Below are positions 33,307 through 43,664 of a DNA stretch of 57,165 nucleotides, piece by piece (position 1 is the first letter of the stretch; the number at the start of each line of letters is the position of its first letter). The notes under the pieces are model-generated. The model made no database searches and had not been told where the DNA came from. It was given only the letters and a program-made list of their open reading frames with translations. A program made the position numbers and the translations under genes. Source of the DNA: an uncultured bacterium (GTDB lineage: Bacteria > Gemmatimonadota > Gemmatimonadetes > Gemmatimonadales > Gemmatimonadaceae); assembly GCA_963978095.1 (NCBI GenBank), contig CAXBQP010000011.1:1-57165 (forward strand), written 5' to 3'.

Positions 33307-35126
33307 ACTTTCTGGCCCCCTTCGCGCTGCTGCTCTCGGGAGCCGCGGCCGTTCCGCTGGTGCTGCACCTCCTCCGGCGTCGCCAGGGAGACAAGGTCGA
33401 GTTCCCGGCCATGCGCTACCTGCTGCGTGCGCAACAGGAGCATTCCAACGAACTGCGGCTCCGGAACATGCTGCTCATGTTCCTGCGCATCGCCGCGGTC
33501 CTCGCCTTCGCGCTCGCGGCCGCGCGTCCCTTGGGACGTCTCTCGGCCGGTGGCCATGCGCCCACCGCGCTCGCCATCGTCCTCGACAACTCGCTTTCGA
33601 CCTCCGTGGTCGTGGAGGGTGCCCCCGTGCTCGCGCGGCTCAAGGACGCGGCGCGCGCCGCGGTGGACCGCGCGGCAACGGGCGATCGTCTCTGGCTGAT
33701 CACCGCCGAGGGCCGTGTCGTGGGGGGGAGCGCGAGTGCCGTGCGCACCGCGCTCGATCGTCTCGAACCGCTTCCCGGGGCGGGCGACCTTCCCACCGCG
33801 GTGCGGCACGCGGTCGCCCTCGTGCGCGGGTCCGGGATTCCGGCACGACAGGTCGCGGTCCTCACCGACGCCCAGGCGACGGCCTGGGACGTCGACGTGC
33901 CCATGGAAGGGGTCGCGACCACCCTCTTCGCGCCGGCCCTGAATCCGCCCCGCAATCGCGCGGTGGTGCGCGCGACCCCGGAGCCGGCGCATTGGACACC
34001 ACGCGGGGCGGTGCGGGCGGCCACGTCTGCCACCGACTCCACCACCTTCCGCGTCATGCTGGGCGCCCGCGCCGCGGCCCGCGGCACCGTACCGCCGGGC
34101 GCCGACATCGTCGTGCGGCTCGATCCCGTGGAACGCGGATGGTTCGCCGGGGCGGTCGAGCTCGAGCCGGATGAACTCCGCGGCGATGATGTCCGCTGGT
34201 TCGCCGTGCACGTCGGCGCCGCACCGGCGGTCACCGCCGATCCCTCGGCCGGCGCCTTCGCGCGGACCGCCCTCGATGCGCTCGTGCAGGACAACCGGGT
34301 GGCGCGAGGCACGGCGATCGCCATCACCGGCGCCGAAGCGGCCAGGGCGTCGGCCCTGATCTTCGCCCCCGCGGATCCTGTGCAGCTCGCGGCCGCGAAT
34401 CGAGCGCTCGAACGCGCGGGCATTCCGTGGAAATACGGCGCCCTGCGGAACGGCCCGGCGGCCGTGAAGGGTGCCGGGCTCGCGAGCGTGAACGCCCTCA
34501 AGTGGTACGCGCTCGAGCCGCGCGGCGCCGACGCGGGAACGGCGGCCGACACGCTCGCGACCGTCGGCGGAGAACCCTGGGCGGTGGCCGGCAACGGTTA
34601 CGTGCTCGTGGCCTCCCCCCTCACCGCGGACGGCACCGACCTTCCGCTCCGCGCCAGTTGGGTCCCCTGGCTCGGCAGTGCGATCGCGAGCCACCTCTCC
34701 GGCGACGCGGGCGGCGTCACCGACGCGACGCCCGGCCTCGTCGTCGCGCGCCCCGTGTGGGCACGCGAACTCGAGGCGCCGGATGGCTCCCGCATTTCCG
34801 CGCGCGATGCGCGGATCCCCGCGCCCTCGCGCCCGGGCGTGTACTTCTGGCTCCGCGGCGCCACGCGCGCCGCCGCGCTCGTGGTGAATCCCGAGGCCAA
34901 GGAGAGCGACCTGACGCGCATGCCGATGCCCGCGCTCACGGCCCGGTTCGCGGGCACGACGGTCGTGGCCAACAGTGCCGCCGCGTCGTTCACCGCCTCC
35001 GCCTTCGCCGTCTCGGGCAGTCGCGCGCTCGACGGCCTCCTCCTTCTCCTCGGACTGCTGCTCCTCGTGGCCGAAGCGGTCGTGACCCGCGCGCGCGCCG
35101 GCGAACACGTCGAGGGCGACCGCTGA
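33303..35126 (+). CDS. BatA N-terminal domain + vWA membrane protein
   Basis: MNFLAP...PLVLHL...FPAMRYL...ARP; LDNSLS MIDAS-like motif; LTDAQ; C-terminal TM. Confidence 0.85.
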   Translation: MNFLAPFALLLSGAAAVPLVLHLLRRRQGDKVEFPAMRYLLRAQQEHSNELRLRNMLLMFLRIAAVLAFALAAARPLGRLSAGGHAPTALAIVLDNSLSTSVVVEGAPVLARLKDAARAAVDRAATGDRLWLITAEGRVVGGSASAVRTALDRLEPLPGAGDLPTAVRHAVALVRGSGIPARQVAVLTDAQATAWDVDVPMEGVATTLFAPALNPPRNRAVVRATPEPAHWTPRGAVRAATSATDSTTFRVMLGARAAARGTVPPGADIVVRLDPVERGWFAGAVELEPDELRGDDVRWFAVHVGAAPAVTADPSAGAFARTALDALVQDNRVARGTAIAITGAEAARASALIFAPADPVQLAAANRALERAGIPWKYGALRNGPAAVKGAGLASVNALKWYALEPRGADAGTAADTLATVGGEPWAVAGNGYVLVASPLTADGTDLPLRASWVPWLGSAIASHLSGDAGGVTDATPGLVVARPVWARELEAPDGSRISARDARIPAPSRPGVYFWLRGATRAAALVVNPEAKESDLTRMPMPALTARFAGTTVVANSAAASFTASAFAVSGSRALDGLLLLLGLLLLVAEAVVTRARAGEHVEGDR

Positions 35127-35128
35127 CC

Positions 35129-38100
35129 GTGTCGCTCCCGACGGTCATCGAGCGCTTCTCCGCGCTCCCCGCCTTCACGCAACTGCTGGCCGCAATGTCG
35201 GAATCGCGGGCCGTGACGCACGTGGCGGGACTCGCCGGCTCCGCCGACGCGGTGCTGGTCGCCGCACTCGCTGAACGCGAGCGTAACCGGTTGATCGTCG
35301 TCGTCACCGATCAGCTCAGTGACGCCGAACGCTGGCTCGCCGACCTGGAATCGATCACCGGCCGCGATGGCATCTCCCTGTATCCGCCCCGCGAAGGGTT
35401 CGGCGAAGTCGAACCGCACGCGGAGGTCGCAGGCGAACGGGTCGAGACGCTCGAGCGGATGACCCGCGGCGGCGTGCGGATCCTGCTCACCACCGCGCGC
35501 GCGGTGCTGGAACGCACCCGCGTCCCGGAAGCGCTCGCCTCGGCGAGACTCGAACTCCGGCGTGGTCAGGTCTGGCGTCTCGAGACGCTCACCGACCACC
35601 TCGTGTCGGTCGGCTTCGAACAGGTCGAGATGGTCGAAGATGTCGCGCAGTTCGCCGTGCGCGGAGGCATCGTGGACATCTACGGATTCGGCATGGCCGA
35701 ACCGGTCCGGCTGGAGTTCTGGGGCGACGATCTCACCGAGCTGCGGCACTTCGATCTCGCGACGCAGCGCACGACGCGTCCCACCGAGATGGCGCTCGTG
35801 CTGCCGGTGGATGTGCGTGGCGACGACGACTACGCCGAGCGGTTCGAACGCAGCACGCTCGCCGCGCTCTGGCCGCCAGAGACGCTGGTCATCGCGCCGC
35901 GCAATGTGCACATCGCCCCGGAGATGCAACGCACCTGGGACGAGGCCGCGCATCATCTCGACGTGGCGCGCCGTCGCGGCGAGGACGTCTCGACGCGCGA
36001 CGCGCTGTATCAGGCGCCGGACGACGCGCTGCGCACGCTGAACCGGTTCGCCACGCTCTCCCTGTACGAGGCGCCGCCGGAAGGGCCGTCGATCGTGCAG
36101 TTCCCGCTGCGGCGTCCGGAACCGATCGACCGCGACATGCTTCGGCTCGCGGCGGTCGTGCGTGGTCCGACGCCGACGCTGATCCTCTGCGACAATGCGG
36201 GACAAGCGGAGCGGCTCGAGGAACTGCTGAACGAGGGGAAGGGGGGCGCCTCGCGGGCGATGCTCGCCATCGGGGCGCTGGGGGGTGGCTTCGTCATCCC
36301 GTCGGTGGGAAACGAGCCGGGACTCCGGGTCCTCACGGATCACGAGATCTTCCGGCGCGAACGCCGGATCCGGCGCGCCCGTCGTTACGCCAGCGGGGCT
36401 GCCATCGAGGCGATCACCGCGCTCAAGGCGGGCGATTTCGTCGTGCATCTCGAGCACGGCGTCGGGATCTACCGCGGCCTCTCCACCATTTTCCAGGGAG
36501 AGACCACGCTCGAAGTGATCGTGATCGAGTACGAGGGCGGGGACAAGCTCAACGTCCCCCTGTACCGGCTCGATCAAGTCGAGCGATTCCGCGCCGTCGG
36601 GGACGTCGACGAGGACACGCCGCCGCCGCGCCTGCATAAGCTGGGTGGCACCAAGTGGAAGCAACAGCGCGACCGGACGCGGGGCGCCATCCAGGAACTC
36701 ACGGTCGAGCTCCTCGATCTCTATGCGCGCCGCAAAGTGGCGAGCCGCCCGCCGCACCATCCCGACGGCGCGTGGCAGCGACAGCTGGAGTCGAGCTTCC
36801 TCTTCGAGGACACCCCCGATCAGCGGAAGGCCACCGAGGACGTGCGCAACGACATGGAAGGCGCCCGCCCCATGGACCGCCTCCTCGTCGGCGACGTCGG
36901 CTACGGCAAGACCGAGATCGCCGTGCGCGCCGCCTTCAAGGCCGTGCAGAGTGGGCGGCAGGTCGCCGTGCTCGTGCCGACGACCGTGCTGGCCGAACAG
37001 CATGCGCGCACCTTCGGTGACCGCTTCGCCGATTTCCCGGTGCGGGTCGAGGCGATGAGCCGGTTCCAGACACCCAAGGCGACCAAGGACGTCCTGCAGG
37101 CGCTGAAGGACCACAAGGTGGATGTCGTGATCGGGACGCATCGCCTGCTGAGCAAGGACGTGCACTTCGCCTCGCTGGGGTTGATCATCGTCGACGAAGA
37201 GCACCGCTTCGGCGTCAAGCACAAGGAGCGGCTCAAGCAACTCAAGCTCGAGACCGACGTGCTCACGCTGACGGCCACGCCAATCCCGCGCACCCTGCAT
37301 CTGTCGCTCGCCGGCCTGCGCGACATGACGCTCATGCAGACCCCACCGCGCGACCGCTCCCCGGTGATCACTTTCATCGAGCCCTGGGACGACGGGCTGA
37401 TCGAGGAGGGGATCACCCGCGAGTTGGACCGCGGCGGACAGGTGTTCTTCGTGCACAATCGGATCGAGACCATCGAGGCGATCGCCGACCACGTGCGACG
37501 CGTCGTCCCCCGAGCCCGCGTCGCGGTGGGGCATGGCCAGATGCACGGGCATGAACTCGAGAAGGTCATGGCGTCGTTCGTCGCCGGCGAGGTGGATGTC
37601 CTCGTCTCGACGCTCATCGTGGAGAGCGGACTCGACGTCCCGAACGCCAACACGATGTTCGTGAATCGCGCCGACCATCTGGGGCTCGCGCAGCTCTATC
37701 AACTCCGGGGCCGCGTGGGTCGCTCGCATCGTCGCGCCTATTGCTACCTCATGGTCCCGGATCATGTGGACCTGGACGCCGAACGCCGCCTCAAGGTCCT
37801 GGAGCACCACACCGAGCTTGGGGCGGGCTACCGCGTGGCGCTCAAGGACATGGAGCTGCGCGGGGCGGGGAACCTCCTCGGCCCGGAACAGTCCGGGTTC
37901 GTCACGGCGGTCGGGTTCGATCTGTACTTGCGCATGCTCGACGAGACGGTCAAACGGGTCATGCGCGGCGACGACGCCCCGCCCCCACCCCCGGCCGACG
38001 TCTCGGTCGACCTCCCGGCGTTCATTCCGGACGACTACATCCCGAGCGCGGACGCCAAGCTCGATGTGTACCGCCGCCTGAGCGCCGTCACCGAGGTCGG

Positions 38101-38434
38101 AGCCATCGATGACGTCCGCGACGAGGTCCGCGACCGCTTCGGGGCCCTCCCTGCGGCCGCGGAGGCCTTCTTCCATGTCTCCCGCCTGCGCCTGATCGGC
38201 GGGGCGATCGGGGTCGAAGGAATCCTGGTGCGCGGCGACGAAGCGCGTGTTACCTTTCACGGCTCTGCGCTTCCACGCATGAAACCGCTGTCCGCGGCCT
38301 TCCGCGACGTGCAGTTCCAGGTGGATGTGCGGCGCGTACAGCCCTTGTCGCTCAAGCTCACCCGGCTGGGCGGATCGCCCCTGCTCGAGGGGCTCGTCCG
38401 AGCCCTGCGAACCATTGTGTCCGAGGAACGGTAG
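35129..38434 (+). CDS. mfd: Transcription-repair coupling factor
   Basis: FAVRGGIVDI, VVHLEHGVG, GDVGYGKTE, VDEEHRFGV, TATPIPRT, QLRGRVGRS, TRCF C-terminus; start GTG 35129. Confidence 0.97.
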   Translation: MSLPTVIERFSALPAFTQLLAAMSESRAVTHVAGLAGSADAVLVAALAERERNRLIVVVTDQLSDAERWLADLESITGRDGISLYPPREGFGEVEPHAEVAGERVETLERMTRGGVRILLTTARAVLERTRVPEALASARLELRRGQVWRLETLTDHLVSVGFEQVEMVEDVAQFAVRGGIVDIYGFGMAEPVRLEFWGDDLTELRHFDLATQRTTRPTEMALVLPVDVRGDDDYAERFERSTLAALWPPETLVIAPRNVHIAPEMQRTWDEAAHHLDVARRRGEDVSTRDALYQAPDDALRTLNRFATLSLYEAPPEGPSIVQFPLRRPEPIDRDMLRLAAVVRGPTPTLILCDNAGQAERLEELLNEGKGGASRAMLAIGALGGGFVIPSVGNEPGLRVLTDHEIFRRERRIRRARRYASGAAIEAITALKAGDFVVHLEHGVGIYRGLSTIFQGETTLEVIVIEYEGGDKLNVPLYRLDQVERFRAVGDVDEDTPPPRLHKLGGTKWKQQRDRTRGAIQELTVELLDLYARRKVASRPPHHPDGAWQRQLESSFLFEDTPDQRKATEDVRNDMEGARPMDRLLVGDVGYGKTEIAVRAAFKAVQSGRQVAVLVPTTVLAEQHARTFGDRFADFPVRVEAMSRFQTPKATKDVLQALKDHKVDVVIGTHRLLSKDVHFASLGLIIVDEEHRFGVKHKERLKQLKLETDVLTLTATPIPRTLHLSLAGLRDMTLMQTPPRDRSPVITFIEPWDDGLIEEGITRELDRGGQVFFVHNRIETIEAIADHVRRVVPRARVAVGHGQMHGHELEKVMASFVAGEVDVLVSTLIVESGLDVPNANTMFVNRADHLGLAQLYQLRGRVGRSHRRAYCYLMVPDHVDLDAERRLKVLEHHTELGAGYRVALKDMELRGAGNLLGPEQSGFVTAVGFDLYLRMLDETVKRVMRGDDAPPPPPADVSVDLPAFIPDDYIPSADAKLDVYRRLSAVTEVGAIDDVRDEVRDRFGALPAAAEAFFHVSRLRLIGGAIGVEGILVRGDEARVTFHGSALPRMKPLSAAFRDVQFQVDVRRVQPLSLKLTRLGGSPLLEGLVRALRTIVSEER

Positions 38435-38479
38435 AGGAGGAGCTCGGCCGTTCGTAGTATGACCTTTTTCACTCCCGCC

Positions 38480-39973
38480 ATGACCCGCTCGAAGTCCCGT
38501 GCCGTTCTGCTCGTTGCCCTGCTCGTTCTCTCGGCCTGCGCCGGACTCAAGGACGCGCTGACGGCCCACGTCGATGTCGTTGCCCGCGCCGGCTCGCAGG
38601 AACTCTCCGTCTCACAGCTGGCCAAGCTGATGAGCGATGCGCAGGTCCCCGCCCGCAAGGACGTGGCCACCGCGATCGCGAACCTCTGGGTCAACTACCA
38701 GCTCGTCGCCATCGGCGGCGCCAAGGGCGACACGGCGGTCGACGCCGCATCGGTCGCCGAGGCCATGTGGGCGCAGGTCGCCCAGGTGAAGTCCAAGAAG
38801 TTCATGGAAGCGCTCGCCAAGAAGACCCCGCCGGCCGATCCGGCGACCTACCAGAAGCACTATGACGACGGCGATCTGCTGGCCGCCCGTCACATCCTCT
38901 TCATGGCCCGTCAGGGGATCGCCTCCCCGGCGCAGCGCGACTCGGCCAAGAAGCTGGCCGAGAAGATCGCCAAGCAGGTCACTGCGGCGAACTTCGCCGA
39001 CATGGCCAAGAAGTACAGCGCCGACGGCTCCAAGGAGCAGGGCGGCGCCCTCGGCGTCTTCCCCAAGGGCGCGATGGTCAAGCCCTTCGAGGCCGCGGTG
39101 CTCGCGCTCAAGCCGGGGCAGATCAGCCCCGTCGTGGAGTCGGAGTTCGGCTTCCACATCATTCTGCGCCAGCCGTACGCCGAGGTCGCCGGTGAGTTCG
39201 CCGCCAAGTACGGCCAGAGCGCGTCGCAGACCGCCGAGAGCACCTTCGTCGCCGGTCTCGAGAATGGCGCCAAGGTGGAAGTGAAGGGCGGTGCCGCCAA
39301 GATCGTGAAGTCGATCGGCGAGGACGTCGACGCCTACCGGGACGACAACACCGTGCTGGCCACGTCCAAGGTGGTGAACCTCACCGCGGCGCGCATGGCC
39401 AAGTGGATCGCCGCCTTCCCGCCGCAGGTCCGCATCCGCGAGCAGATCGCGCAGGCACCGGACTCGGCCATGCCGTACCTCGTCAAGAACATCATGCGGC
39501 AGGAGCTGCTGCTCCGCGCCGCGGACAGTGCCAAGCTCGGACTCGACACCGCCGAAGTGAACGGCATGCAGCGCGCCTTCCATCAGGCCTACATGGCCGG
39601 CATGACCGCGCTCAAGGTGTCGCCGACGCAGTTGGCCGACAGCGCCAAGTCCGCGTCGGAACGCGAGCGCCTCGCCGCCAGCCGCGCCAATGCGTTCCTC
39701 AGCGGCGTGCTCAGCCAGAAGGAGCAGTTCGTGGAGGTGCCGGAACCGATCGTCCTCGCGTTGCGTAAGAAGTATGAGGGACGGGTCGTGCAGGCCGGCA
39801 TCGAGCGGACCGTCACGGAAGTCGAGAAGGCCAAGGCCAAGGCGGATTCGGCGCGCAAGGCGTCGGCCCCGCCGTCGATCGTTCCGATGCCGGGCGAGAC
39901 GCCCGCAGGCGCCGCGCCGGCTCCGGCCGCGCCGAAGGCCGACAGCGCCAAGCCGGCGCCGAAGAAGCCGTAA
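38480..39973 (+). CDS. Parvulin/PpiC-type peptidyl-prolyl isomerase lipoprotein
   Basis: Lipobox LSAC; ARHIL, GGALG, MVKPFE, SEFGFHII. Confidence 0.88.
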   Translation: MTRSKSRAVLLVALLVLSACAGLKDALTAHVDVVARAGSQELSVSQLAKLMSDAQVPARKDVATAIANLWVNYQLVAIGGAKGDTAVDAASVAEAMWAQVAQVKSKKFMEALAKKTPPADPATYQKHYDDGDLLAARHILFMARQGIASPAQRDSAKKLAEKIAKQVTAANFADMAKKYSADGSKEQGGALGVFPKGAMVKPFEAAVLALKPGQISPVVESEFGFHIILRQPYAEVAGEFAAKYGQSASQTAESTFVAGLENGAKVEVKGGAAKIVKSIGEDVDAYRDDNTVLATSKVVNLTAARMAKWIAAFPPQVRIREQIAQAPDSAMPYLVKNIMRQELLLRAADSAKLGLDTAEVNGMQRAFHQAYMAGMTALKVSPTQLADSAKSASERERLAASRANAFLSGVLSQKEQFVEVPEPIVLALRKKYEGRVVQAGIERTVTEVEKAKAKADSARKASAPPSIVPMPGETPAGAAPAPAAPKADSAKPAPKKP

Positions 39974-40003
39974 CAAGAAGCCGCAACGCAGGAGTCCGTG
40001 GTC

Positions 40004-41329
40004 ATGCGTCGTTCGTTCGCCCTTCTGTTGTGCAGCGCCATCCCCGCCATCGGGATGGCGCAGCAATCGGCCGCCCCGCTGCGTTCCGTCGCGGTCGACA
40101 AAGTCGTCGCCGTGGTGGGCACCCACCCGGTCCTCATGAGCGAAGTGCTCGACCGGATCGCGGTCCTCCGCTCGCAGGGGGCCGAGGTGCCGTCCGACAG
40201 TGCAGGGCAGATGCAGATGGCACGCGATGTGTTGAACATCGTGATCGACGAAGAAGTCCTCATCGCCGCGGCCAAACAGTTCAAGATCGACGTGCCGGAA
40301 ACGGACATCAACAACAACGTCGAAAAGAAGTTCAAGGAAATCCGGGCCCGCGTGAAGACCGACGCCGAGTGGCGCTCGGCGCTGAAGCGTGAGGGGTTCG
40401 GGACGGAAGGCGAGTTCCGCAAGTTCCTCACCGACGGTGAGCGTCGCGCCGAGCAGCAGCGGATCGCCATCGATTCGCTGAAGGCGCACGGTCGCTTCTC
40501 CGCACCGGTGCAAGTCACCGAGAAGGAGATCGACGACGGGATCGCCAAGGTCAAGGACCGACTTCCCAAGCGCCCCACGTCGATCTCGTTCAAGCAGGTC
40601 GTGATCGCGCCCCGCGCCAACGCGGCCAACGACAAGATCGCGCTCGACAAGGCGCAAGCCGTCCTCGACGAGATCAAGAAGGGGGGCGACTTCGAGCAGA
40701 TCGCGAAGCGCGAATCCATGGACCCCGGTTCCAAGGAGCGCGGGGGGGACCTCGGCTGGAATCGCCGCGGTGTCATGGTGCCCGAGTTCGATCGCGCGAT
40801 GTTCGCCTTCGGTCCGGGGCAGCTCGTGCCCGTCGTGATCAAGACCACCCTCGGCTACCACGTGATCAAGGTCGACCGCGTGCAGCCCGCCGAGGTGAAG
40901 GCGCGCCACGTGCTGATCATGCCCAAGCTCGATTCCGAGGATGTGCGGCGGGCGCACTCGCTGGCCGACTCCGTACAGAAGTTGTGGAAGGGGGGCATGC
41001 CCTATGACTCCGTGGTCGCCAAGTTCCACGACAACGGCGAACTCACGAGCTACCCCGACCAGTATCCCGTCGACAGTCTGCCGCCGGAGTACAAGGCCGC
41101 TGCCGGTGATGCCAAGTCCGGTGAGTTCAGCAAGCCGTTCGAGATCCCGAATCCGCAGACCGGATTCCCCAAGGTGGTGGTGCTCCGCGTCACCGAGCGC
41201 ACCGAAGGGGGCGAGTTGACCAAGGCCGATGTCCGCGACCGGATCCGTCAGCAGCTGCAGCAGGAGAAGCAGTACCGCCGCATGTACGACCAGCTCCGCA
41301 AGGAGCAGTACGTGGTCATCCGCATGTGA
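40004..41329 (+). CDS. surA: SurA-like periplasmic chaperone/PPIase
   Basis: Signal peptide, DKVVAVVG SurA N-terminus, GGDLGW, MVPEF, GYHVIK, ARHVLI; immediately precedes pdxA. Confidence 0.8.
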   Translation: MRRSFALLLCSAIPAIGMAQQSAAPLRSVAVDKVVAVVGTHPVLMSEVLDRIAVLRSQGAEVPSDSAGQMQMARDVLNIVIDEEVLIAAAKQFKIDVPETDINNNVEKKFKEIRARVKTDAEWRSALKREGFGTEGEFRKFLTDGERRAEQQRIAIDSLKAHGRFSAPVQVTEKEIDDGIAKVKDRLPKRPTSISFKQVVIAPRANAANDKIALDKAQAVLDEIKKGGDFEQIAKRESMDPGSKERGGDLGWNRRGVMVPEFDRAMFAFGPGQLVPVVIKTTLGYHVIKVDRVQPAEVKARHVLIMPKLDSEDVRRAHSLADSVQKLWKGGMPYDSVVAKFHDNGELTSYPDQYPVDSLPPEYKAAAGDAKSGEFSKPFEIPNPQTGFPKVVVLRVTERTEGGELTKADVRDRIRQQLQQEKQYRRMYDQLRKEQYVVIRM

Positions 41330-42222
41330 TGACGCCCCGCGTGCGTCTCGCGGTCACGCTGGGGGATCCCCGCGGGATCGGTCCCGAGATCGTGCGCAAG
41401 GCGTTGGCCGACGCGCGCGTGCGCGCGGCCTGCGATCCGATCGTGGTGGGTCCTGAGGGAACGGGGACCCCTGTGGATGCGTCGGTCGGCCACTGGTCCT
41501 CGACCTCCACTGAAGCCGATGCGGGGCGATGCTCCGGGCTCGCCATCGCTCACGCGGTTGAACTCGCCGCCGCCGGCACGGTGCAGGGGATCGTCACGGC
41601 GCCGATCGACAAGCATGCCTTGCTCGCCGGCGGTTACGACTATCCCGGCCATACCGAGATGCTCGCCGAGCTCACCGGTCGCCCCGTGGCGATGATGCTC
41701 GCCTCGGACAAACTGCGGGTGGTCCTCGCCACCACGCACATCGCGTTGCGCGATGTTCCCACCGCCCTCACCGCGGATGCCTTCCGGCGTGCGTTCGAGG
41801 TCACGCGGGCCGGACTCCGTGATCAGTTCGGCATTGCCGAGCCGCGGCTCGCGCTCTGCGCGTTGAACCCTCATGCCGGCGACGGTGGCCGCTTCGGCAC
41901 CGAGGACGACCTCCTGCTGGCCCCCGTGGCCCGGGAATGCGGCATGGCGGGACCATTCCCCGCCGATACGGTCTTCGTGCGCGCCATGCGCGGCGAGTTC
42001 GATGCGGTGATCGCGCCGTACCACGATGTGGGGATGACGGCGATCAAGGTCGCGAGCTTCGGGAGCGCGGTGAATGTGACGCTCGGGTTACCGTTCCCGA
42101 GGACGTCGCCGGATCATGGGACGGCGCTGGATATCGCGGGGCAGGATCGGGCGGATCCGTCGTCGATGATCGCGGCGATGCAGGTCGCCTGTTCGATGGT
42201 CGTGCGAACGGCGCGCGCGTAG
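41329..42222 (+). CDS. pdxA: 4-hydroxythreonine-4-phosphate dehydrogenase
   Basis: GDPRGIGPEI, GHTEML, LNPHAG, PADT, YHD, RTSPDHGTA. Confidence 0.95.
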   Translation: MTPRVRLAVTLGDPRGIGPEIVRKALADARVRAACDPIVVGPEGTGTPVDASVGHWSSTSTEADAGRCSGLAIAHAVELAAAGTVQGIVTAPIDKHALLAGGYDYPGHTEMLAELTGRPVAMMLASDKLRVVLATTHIALRDVPTALTADAFRRAFEVTRAGLRDQFGIAEPRLALCALNPHAGDGGRFGTEDDLLLAPVARECGMAGPFPADTVFVRAMRGEFDAVIAPYHDVGMTAIKVASFGSAVNVTLGLPFPRTSPDHGTALDIAGQDRADPSSMIAAMQVACSMVVRTARA

Positions 42223-42301
42223 CAGGTTCCGGCGGTCGGGGATGGCCCCCGCACGGTCGCGAGGCTCACCGGCCGTTCGACGCCAGCGACGCGCAAGCAG
42301 G

Positions 42302-43612
42302 TCAGCCCGAGGCCGGGTCCTGGTGGACGAGCAACACCCCAACGCGCCGCCCCACCATTGACCGTACGACGAACGAAGCTCCACCGCCCGACACTCGATC
42401 GCCAACGACGGGCAACCGCCCCAACGCCCCGAATACGAAGCCACCCACCGTCGTGAAATCCGCGTCGGGGACGGTCAGGTCGTAGCGCGCGTTGAACTCG
42501 CGGATCGGCGTGGAGCCTTGCACCTGCATCTCTCCCGATGCGGTGGCCGGAAGCCTGACCTCGGTCGTCTCGTCGTATTCGTCCAGGATCTCGCCGACGA
42601 TCTCCTCCAGCAGATCCTCCATCGTGACCAGCCCCGCGGTGCCGCCGTATTCGTCGAGTACGATCGCCATGTGCTCCTTCAGCCGCTTGAAATCGCTCAG
42701 CACCTCCTCGACCTCGCGCGAGCCGGGCACCACGTGGATCCGGCGCATGATCTGCCGCACCTCGAACCCGTCGGCGCGCGAGGGATCGCGCAGGAGCGGG
42801 AGCAGGTCCTTGGCGTGGAGCATGCCGACCACGTTGTCGATCGTCTCGTCGTACACCGGGTAGCGCGAGAAGCCGGCCTCCTCCACCGTGCGCGCGGCCT
42901 CGTCCAGTGCGGCGTCCACGGTCAGCGCCACGATCGCCGTGCGCGGGGTCATCACCTCGCGCGCGTTCTTCTCCGAGAACTCGAACACGCCACCGATCAA
43001 CTGCGCATCCTCGGCGTCGATGGCGCCCTGTTCCTCGCTCTGCTCGATCAGCATGCGGAGTTCGTCCGGCGAATGCACGGCGTCATGCCCCACCTGGACC
43101 CGCTGACCGAACAGCCGCAGCACCGCGCGCGCGGAGAGGTTGAGCACCGTGGTGAACGGATGGACGAACCAGGCGAACACCAGCAGCGGTGGCGCGAGCC
43201 ACTTGGCGAACACTTCCGGCCGCTCCAGCGCGGCGGCGCGCGGCGCCAACTCGCCGAACACCACATGGCACACGGTCACCGAGAGCAGCGCGGCTATGGC
43301 GCCGGCGCTGACACGGAGCGATTGTTCTAGTGCGAAGGGGAGGCTGGCCAGCAGCGATTCGAAGGAGTGCGCGAGCGCCCCTTCGGCGGCCCAGCCGAGT
43401 CCGAGCGATGCGAGGGTGATCCCGAGTTGGCTGGCGGAGAGCACCCTCTCGAGATTCCCGGAGGCCTGAAGCGCGAATCGGGCGATCGGATCGCCCGCGC
43501 GCACCATGGCCTGCAATCGCGTGCGACGTGAGCGCACGAGCGCGAACTCCACGGCCACGAAGTAGCCGTTGAGCAGCAAGAGGAGAGCGATGACACCGAA
43601 GCGCGCCAGCAC
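42302..43612 (-). CDS. Hemolysin/CNNM (DUF21-CBS-CorC) family protein
   Basis: FVAVEFAL, QLGITLASL, GELAP, VMTPR, SRYPV, DEYGGTAGLVTMEDLLEEIVGEI. Confidence 0.93.
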   Translation of the reverse strand: MLARFGVIALLLLLNGYFVAVEFALVRSRRTRLQAMVRAGDPIARFALQASGNLERVLSASQLGITLASLGLGWAAEGALAHSFESLLASLPFALEQSLRVSAGAIAALLSVTVCHVVFGELAPRAAALERPEVFAKWLAPPLLVFAWFVHPFTTVLNLSARAVLRLFGQRVQVGHDAVHSPDELRMLIEQSEEQGAIDAEDAQLIGGVFEFSEKNAREVMTPRTAIVALTVDAALDEAARTVEEAGFSRYPVYDETIDNVVGMLHAKDLLPLLRDPSRADGFEVRQIMRRIHVVPGSREVEEVLSDFKRLKEHMAIVLDEYGGTAGLVTMEDLLEEIVGEILDEYDETTEVRLPATASGEMQVQGSTPIREFNARYDLTVPDADFTTVGGFVFGALGRLPVVGDRVSGGGASFVVRSMVGRRVGVLLVHQDPASG

Positions 43613-43664
43613 GGATGCAAGTTACCCCGATTGTTCGACGCACCGCCAGCGCACGCAGGCGGCC

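Noticed and set aside
32395..35126. DUF58 + BatA/vWA genes without a MoxR ATPase as a novel system
   Set aside because: These are well-known MoxR-associated genes; the ATPase is probably encoded elsewhere in the genome.
34598..38569. 1323-aa antisense ORF and similar long shadow ORFs (e.g. 7912..11178, 3731..6157, 38612..41029, 33291..35108)
   Set aside because: They lie opposite clearly recognisable genes and lack motifs. Stop-poor antisense frames are expected with high GC3 codon bias.
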